A stretch of 58,146 bases of DNA, counting the filler, from Sphacelaria rigidula (lineage: Eukaryota): the NCBI GenBank assembly GCA_964200075.2. It is 9 parts of 9 records of this genome, joined end to end, with 100 filler letters (N's around TTAATTAATTAA, not from the genome) between each part and the next. Parts side by side here need not be neighbours in the genome. Positions count along the whole stretch, not along the records: positions 51,776 to 58,146 come from CAXNAA020020477.1; 8 more parts are not named here. One strand, 5' to 3'. How positions within the stretch are numbered: the stretch's first letter is position 1; every line of letters starts with the position of its first letter. This document shows, piece by piece, positions 51,776 to 58,146 of this stretch. The position numbers and the translations under genes are program-made. A model generated the notes under the pieces. That model was not told the origin of the DNA. It worked only from the letters and a program-made list of their open reading frames with translations, and made no database searches.

Positions 51776-53008
51776 TGGACCAGCGATCATTTTTTTTCTT
51801 CCTTTTGGTCATTCAGGCCGAAGTAATCATGAATTTGGTGATTTTGAGTCGTGATGATTTGTCCTAACCGTGCATGTTTTCAACCGCAGATATGTTTGTT
51901 TGTTTCCCGAAAATTCTGAGCAGTTACAGTTGGTTTTCCGGCTTTCTGGCTTCCGTCGCTGAAGAACGTGAGGACGTACGTGTATAGTACCCTCTTTGAG
52001 AAATTATGTCATGTTCTCGTCGTCGTAATGTGATGCGAGTGTATTATTATTGTTTGTTGTTGTTGTCGATAATGATGTTTTCTCCAGTGATTTTACGTGC
52101 GCATTCGAGTTAGTATATCGATTATCGTACCTGAACTTATCCACTGCGCGTGCAGCCGTGGCGGCATGAGCGTATAGCACAAGGCGTCCGCAGCGCAAAT
52201 CGTTGCCTCGAACAGTTTCACTTTTGTGTGTTTCCTTCATTTTTTTTTTTCATTTTTTTTTCTTTTTTTTTTCACACTTTTTCTTCATTTGTATATATAT
52301 ATAGATATATTGATTCGGGAAGAAGTTCTATCGCCGAATTCATTTTCCGCCCCCAATAAATTTTAAACGATAGTTTTCGCATGATGATGTTTTCGCCCGT
52401 CGGCTTAGATTTTCACACCCCACCTCTATGGATCATGACATCATTCCGAACGCCCAACATCATCATGGTCACCTCCGAATGACGGTCGGGTTGTGTGCAG
52501 TATCCGGGCTGCTGAAAGATAAAAAAAAAAACAAGCATTGATGATTGAATTTCGCGATTCATATGGAGAAAAATTGGACACGGAGAAGCCCGCATTTGTG
52601 TTGGAAGAAGTCAGACGTGTCATCTCACCGCAGTTTTTTCCCGAAGGATGAAACAACACGAGAGCACAAAAGATGGAACAGAAAACATGAGAATATATTC
52701 AGGTATCGAAAACGTGTAATAACTATTTATGTGTGAGCTTTGATCCGATTTTTATTTATTTATTTATCATCTATATAAAAACCTAGCGGAGTTCGATCCC
52801 CTTGAAACCGTTTTCATGTATGTGTGTGCGCGTATGTACCATTATTTTGATCTTGTTTTCATATTTTTATTTGTCACACTTGAACCCCTCCCCTTCCCCG
52901 GGACAAGCCCGTGGTCTTATGGGATCAACCCATTTCTCCCCGGTACTGTATAGTGTTTTTACCGTTTCCATTTTCCCTTCCCATGGCTTCTGACTTCGTG
53001 TTTAACAG

Positions 53009-53143
53009 AACAATCCAGCGGATTTGACCCCTCGAATGGAGCGTGCGACGAAGTTGGTGAATACCACGCCTCCTAGGGGGGAAGAGTATCTACGGATGCT
53101 GCACACGGTGTTGCACAGGGAGAGCTCGTGGACACAGTGGAAG
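53009..53143 (+). CDS. THOC1: THO complex subunit 1 (Hpr1) exon
   Basis: aacag|AAC...AAG|gtacca, 135 bp; LVNTTPPRGEEYLRMLHTVLHRESSWTQWK resembles the THOC1 PPxGxxFxxxVxxILxxExxWxxWK motif; absent from the ORF track. Confidence 0.8.
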
Positions 53144-53147
53144 GTAC

Positions 53148-53462
53148 CAAGGTTGTATTGTGTGAGGCACGGATATGTTCGGTAGAGCATCAGAGTTCTT
53201 ACAGAACTTGAAGAACCTGTCGGATATCGGTATGAAAATTTAACAGAACTTACAGATCAGAGCCTGTGGGGTACGGTATCGAGGTTATACAAAAACTCGT
53301 ACCTGCGACCGGGTAAGGGTGAGCACTTCGTACAGATGTCAGAGAACTATCGGGTACCGGTGTGAGGGACTTGCGGAACTCACAGAACAGTCGGGTACGA
53401 GTAATTTCCGGGGTAACTTCACCGGATATACCCGAAATCGCCCCCTAAAGAAGATACCATTG
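53148..53462. mobile_element. 315-bp hAT-like MITE with internal cagaac/gggtac repeats, at the THOC1 donor
   Basis: caaggttgt left end; degenerate ...gaagataccattg right end; TSD gaaggtac / aaaggtac (7/8); related right end acaacacaaccttg at 57499-57512. Confidence 0.75.
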
Positions 53463-53711
53463 AAAGGTACCGTACATCATGCTGGGCTACTTTTGATATT
53501 AATTTCTAGCGCACGTACCGTAGACTGGATTTCACGACAGTGTTTAGAGAAGGAACGGAAAATGCAGCATCTTTCCATATCTTGGTGGGAGAGATCTAGT
53601 TGATCCTTTTCAACACTCCGCGGACTCTTTCCGTGAAGAAGGGAAAATAGGAAGGGTTGAAGGTAGGACAAGAAAATTATGGTTACCCTCGCCTGGTACT
53701 TCGCAAATTTC

Positions 53712-53988
53712 AACACCCTGTACAACTACAGTAGTTGGTGGTTGTTTCTCAAGCAACGAACTATTCAGAATCGTGTGCGACTGGTTGTTTCCAAACAACT
53801 AACTGTTCTGAAATCGTGCGCAACTAGTTCCAAACAACTACTCTTTTCAGAATCGTGGGAAACGAGTTGTTTCCAAACAGCTAATCTCTCAGAATCGTGC
53901 GCAACTAGTTGTTTGGAAGCAACTACACGGTAGTTGGTCGACAACAACTAACTTAAGTTAGTTGTTAGTCATAGTCCTACAGGATGTT
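53712..53988. repeat. Minisatellite of about 42 bp (4-5 copies) within a possible MITE
   Basis: cagaatcgtgcgcaactagttgtttccaaacaacta-type units; ends aacaccctgta / tacaggatgtt; flanks caaatttc / caagtttt; perfect 24-bp palindrome 53943-53966. Confidence 0.7.
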
Positions 53989-54319
53989 CAAGTTTTCCCT
54001 CTGTAGTGGTATGTGTTATTGATTATATGTATGTTCCAACATCCATCCTCTGCCGTGATGATTTTTTGTGGGGAGATGTAACGTCGCAATATATACTGTA
54101 ATCTCCATCAATGTCGGCTTTGCTGACGGGTACGTTCGAGCACGAGTGCCTGTACAGGCAACTTCTTGTAGGGTTGGTTGAGGGTGGAACATGACGAGCT
54201 TTTGCTAAAACAATGACAAGCGCGGGTTCTACTTATATTCTGTCGTGGTGGCATGTAGGTGCGGCGGCGCTGTACGGCAGGTGCAGTGTCTCCACGCAAC
54301 TTTTTGACTCACGGCCGTT

Positions 54320-54825
54320 ATTTTATTTATTTTTACCCTTGAAGGAAGGAGGAAATCGTATCCAACGCTCATTCCGCGAACGGGCTCATGTGCCAATTAC
54401 CCTGAGGCTCGAGTAGACCGCCTCGTGGCCATCATGTGGGGTAGGCGCCTCCAGCGTTCCGAAACCTTTCAAGGGTCGGACAAATAACGATTTGTCTGGA
54501 AGTTAGTTGGTTTTAGTATATTTTATTCAAATCGTATGAATCAATCCCTCGGCTTTGTTTTCAGCGTTGTAACCCAGGTACACGCAGCCCAAACATATGG
54601 AATGGCGCAAAAGTTGCGTGGATACCCCTTGGACTAGCGGTCAACTTTTTTCTCCCTCTTGGGGCAATCAGGCCGAAGAAATCGTAGATTTGGTGACTCG
54701 TAGACGTGATGATTCGTCCTAACTGTGAAACCTTTTCTCAAGGCAGCTCGGGAGGTGAATCCACTAAAACCTCCTGTCAAGTTGGTGCCGTACACGCGCC
54801 GCGTTACTCTTATGAGCTTCGACCG
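54320..54825 (-). mobile_element. Family G copy split by a MITE insertion
   Basis: 54335-54469 plus 54736-54825 rejoin to match 51168-51390. Confidence 0.7.
54470..54727. mobile_element. 258-bp hAT-like MITE with perfect 8-bp TSD
   Basis: TSD aaaccttt at 54462-54469 and 54728-54735; imperfect TIR caagggtcggacaaat / cacagttaggacgaat; partial copies at 38834-38876 and 51776-51872. Confidence 0.88.
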
Positions 54826-55204
54826 TATGGCTCGTTCTTTGTTATATTTGCTCTACAGGGCACGAGGGCAAAAAAAGCACGTATTATATAGCGACATTTC
54901 CCAGGAGTCATGCCCCACAAAACCTTCAAAAAGGGGAAACGAGGGTTTTCGTTTTTGTGTTTAGCTATTGGTGTGTATACGGTACAGTACTGTTGTGTGC
55001 TTTACACAGATTTGGGAAGTTCGTACTTTTGTCCTTTTTTTCGTTTTTTCTTTTTTTTTCTTTTTTTTCTTAGTTTACTGTGTTGGTCTGCTCTTCCTGT
55101 TTAGTTGGTGTGCGTGTGATCATCCGAGAGATGTTGATCGTCACCAGACCCCTTCTTTTGTTGTTTACTACACCACTGCACCAATTTGATACTAAACCAC
55201 AAGT

Positions 55205-55505
55205 AACAATGTTTTCGTGAGATTTGAGAGCAGAAGATATGATTGAGAGTGAAAAACGGTCAGATATTGAATGAATCGTTCCAGTTCCGAAATGCCCTTC
55301 CACGAGGCCCGATATGCTTTTTGTAGTAGCTTGCCACTGAGGCCCTGGACATCCCTGAGTAGGATATCGACATGTAGCTGGAAGCACACGCCAGTGATGG
55401 AGGCGAAGAAAGGCACACACGGGATGAAAAGTTGGCCGAGTCAAAGGGGATGATCAAAGCCACTCTCAATCAGCGCTCTACTCTCAATCTCACGCAAACG
55501 TGGTT
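55205..55505. mobile_element. MITE-like element with imperfect terminal inverted repeats of about 40 bp
   Basis: gttttcgtgagatttgagagcaga..gattgagagtg vs cactctcaatcagcgctctactctcaatctcacgcaaac; the same motif occurs at 1-40 and 15738-15790. Confidence 0.55.
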
Positions 55506-55859
55506 AAGTGCTCATGTGCAGCATGCGGGCGTGTGTACGTGTGTCTGCTATAACAGTGAATCCCTCATCTTACGTGCTCATATTTCCATATGTATCCCGA
55601 CCCTGAAGTTTACTTGAGCAAGCGTTTCTGCTTCTTTTTTTTACCTTGGGTATGTATACTTTTGTGACAACGTCAGGACCCCCAGATAATCGATGAATTT
55701 GCGACAGATCAATCAATGAAGTAGTGCTTGCTGTTGTGATCGGGCAAGAACCGGAAGAGATGAATAACAACAAGAGGTGGAAGAGCTAAATGACCGCGAC
55801 CGTGTTCTGCAGGGTATGGCGGCTTGAATTGGGATATTTACAAACATACGGAAGGGATC

Positions 55860-57053
55860 CGAGCTGGGCCAGCCGAGAAGCGAATTTATAGTTTGCAGGC
55901 CCATTAGCCGGCCAATTGTTTTTAGAGTTGGACCCTAAAATTTGGTATGGACAATGACTAGGGCATAATAAAACAAATACCAGTGCACACATTTTTTTTT
56001 CATGAGTTAGCAGGGGGCATTGTACTAATACCCGAAAATTGATCATTGCCCTCAACTCATGAAAACAAATCCTTGTGTGTACAGGTAATGTGTTTTATTG
56101 TGTCCTATGTATTGTCCATACCAAATTTTAGGGTCCAACTCTAAATATTGGCCGGCTGATGAGCCGTTTGGTGGCGTGGTCGGTAGAAATTCGGAACAGT
56201 ATTCTGCAGGCCAGTTACTGGCCCACGTTTGGTGTTCATGTATTGAAAATTTGTGTGGGCCGTGGCTAGGGCACGATTATCAAAACAAAGTGGGTGATTT
56301 TTCAGTTTTCCACTGGTTTAAGGCGTTTTAGTGTGGTACATACCATTTTTTCACGAGAACGCCTGAAGAACGCCTGAACCACTCCAAAACAAAATAAAGA
56401 CCCTTTTTTTTGCATACCCCTGTGGTTCTTAATGCTAAGTTCCAAATCACAATTCTAAAACTAGAGATGAAAAATTGAGATAATTAATGCCCACAAGCAG
56501 CGTCCATTTCTCCTCAAAACTCCTCTAAAAAACGAAACAAATGAACAAAAAAATGGGAAAAAAAATGCCTTGTTTTCTTGTAATATGCACCATAATAGCG
56601 GTTCTCCAGACGAAATTTCATAGTACAACTCTCGAAAACTGAGACGCGATATCCAGATTGATGGCATCTAGTGCCTCTGCTCGTAATATATTGATCCTAG
56701 TATTCAACCTCATGTGCACCATATCTCGAGATAGATCACGAATTAGGTGAAGGTGAGGGTACCTATCGTCTCCTCGTACTCCAGGGAATGTTCACACCAA
56801 AAATCGTCATTCGCTGAATGCATCGGTCGGGGTTCCATATAGATTTTAGTATGGACGCTATCTCCGTACGGTATAGGAATTACTAGACATGGGGTTTAAT
56901 CAACGAGAAAACATTGCCCCAGACTTTTGAGGAGATGGGCACCTTCCCCTTGGTTGGACGATTTATACGATATGCGGATCGCGGCCCAACTCGTCTTTGT
57001 TGATGAGAAATTGCTTCGAGAGCTCAAATCCATTTTTAGACTGGCCCAGCTCG
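55860..57053 (+). mobile_element. Complete 1.2-kb non-autonomous TIR element, family B (Tc1/mariner-like)
   Basis: Perfect 13-bp TIR cgagctgggccag / ctggcccagctcg; TA on right flank (TC on left); perfect internal 35-bp inverted repeat 55921-55955 / 56111-56145; no transposase ORF. Confidence 0.8.
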
Positions 57054-57155
57054 TATTTTATTGGTAATTGCCCTTCCGAACTATACCGGAGTTTTTAGGA
57101 ACAGGGCTCGATACCCTGCCGACTCATGCCGGTATGGTTCAGTTATTTTTTATGT

Positions 57156-57447
57156 TTGTCGCACTTTAAATCCCCCCCCTTCGAGTCTGTGGTTTCAAGG
57201 GATCAACCCATCTCTCCCCGATAGACGCATTGCATTGTGGTCTCGAGGATTGGGTTATGACTATCAGCACTCCCGCACCGCGTCAACTCACATCAAACAA
57301 ACTCAAGCAATCACTTTTTTCACTCACGTTCTCGCGCTTTCCGCGGTGGAAATCAGACACTACGGAAAAAAACCCGACGCATCGGGAATCGAACCCTCGT
57401 TCCCTCCGCCCTAATGACGATAGTCGGTTCATTACACCACCGGGGCG
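57156..57447 (-). mobile_element. tRNA-derived SINE, family 2, full length
   Basis: cgccccggTGGTGTAATGA...GGTTCGATTCC; 3' end ...ggggatttaaagtgcgacaa followed by an A-rich tail. Confidence 0.78.
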
Positions 57448-57772
57448 TGTAAGTATGCGAACCTAAATCTCACCACCTCCGGGTATACCCCATATTGTAC
57501 AACACAACCTTGTACATAACAACAACGATGACGACGAGAACGATATCTGCTCTCGTCTATGCGCATTCTCTGGTACCCCTTGACAGAATTTGGTGAAACA
57601 TGACGATCTACCCTTGGTGACAACACAGCAAGCTATGATACTATGATGTCCCTGAACACTCACCGCTTGTGTGTGTAGTATTTATACCTGCCTGACCTGA
57701 CCCCCTTTTTTTGTTGCAACTGCTACCTTGTTTCTGTGTCCGCCAATTACACAACAACCACGCGAACACCAG

Positions 57773-57991
57773 GCTAACAAGTGCGAACCGATCAAATCGG
57801 TCGCCCAAATGGAGGAGAAGAAGGCCAAGGACGACAAAGAAGCGGCGGCAGCGGCCGCTGCAGGTGGCTCGTCGACGCCAAAGAGCGCGCAGCCTGCCTT
57901 GGCCAAGCGTCCGCGGCCGAACGCTGCCAAAAATGCGCAAGAGCGGCGGAAGCATGCACCTCTCGGCAGCGACTTTCCGTTGGTCCAGCTG
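57773..57991 (+). CDS. THOC1: THO complex subunit 1, next exon
   Basis: accag|GCT...CTG|gtgaga, 219 bp, phase 0; WK|ANKCEPI completes WKxxxC; followed by a basic KRPRP linker and LGSDFPLVQL. Confidence 0.72.
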
Positions 57992-58146
57992 GTGAGAGAT
58001 TTATTGAGAAACAGATGAAGGGAAACGGAAAGAGGGAGACGGACACAGGGACAGGGACAGGCGCGCGCGCGCGCACACACACACCCTTCATGCGACTCGC
58101 CGAACACACGACGGCGCTTCGCGCTTGGCGATTGAGTGCGAGCCTG

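Overview
This is eukaryotic genomic DNA, not one locus. Nine unplaced scaffolds of 6373, 6372 (x5) and 6371 (x3) bp, in decreasing length order, are joined by artificial 100-bp linkers (N44-TTAATTAATTAA-N44). Long GT-AG introns, C/A-rich acceptors, the protein families and the repeats suggest a stramenopile, most likely a brown alga (inference). Six partial spliced genes can be assembled by hand: the 3' end of a tyrosinase-like gene (4 exons), the last exon of a PP2C phosphatase, 5 exons of a large beta-rich repeat surface protein, a low-complexity gene of unknown function, one PP6-like phosphatase exon and two THOC1 exons. The rest is dominated by transposons: a decayed Ty1/copia element, a Ty3/gypsy RT fragment, two tRNA-derived SINE families, two tailed non-LTR 3'-end families, TA-flanked Tc1/mariner-type non-autonomous elements and hAT-like MITEs with 8-bp TSDs. 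I found no convincing new multi-gene system. The most notable observations are a MITE whose TSD duplicates the THOC1 splice donor, an apparent domain-within-domain insertion in the surface protein, a SINE sharing its 3' end with a putative LINE partner, a subterminal motif shared across MITE families, and several long foldbacks. All family assignments are from motif recognition, not database searches.
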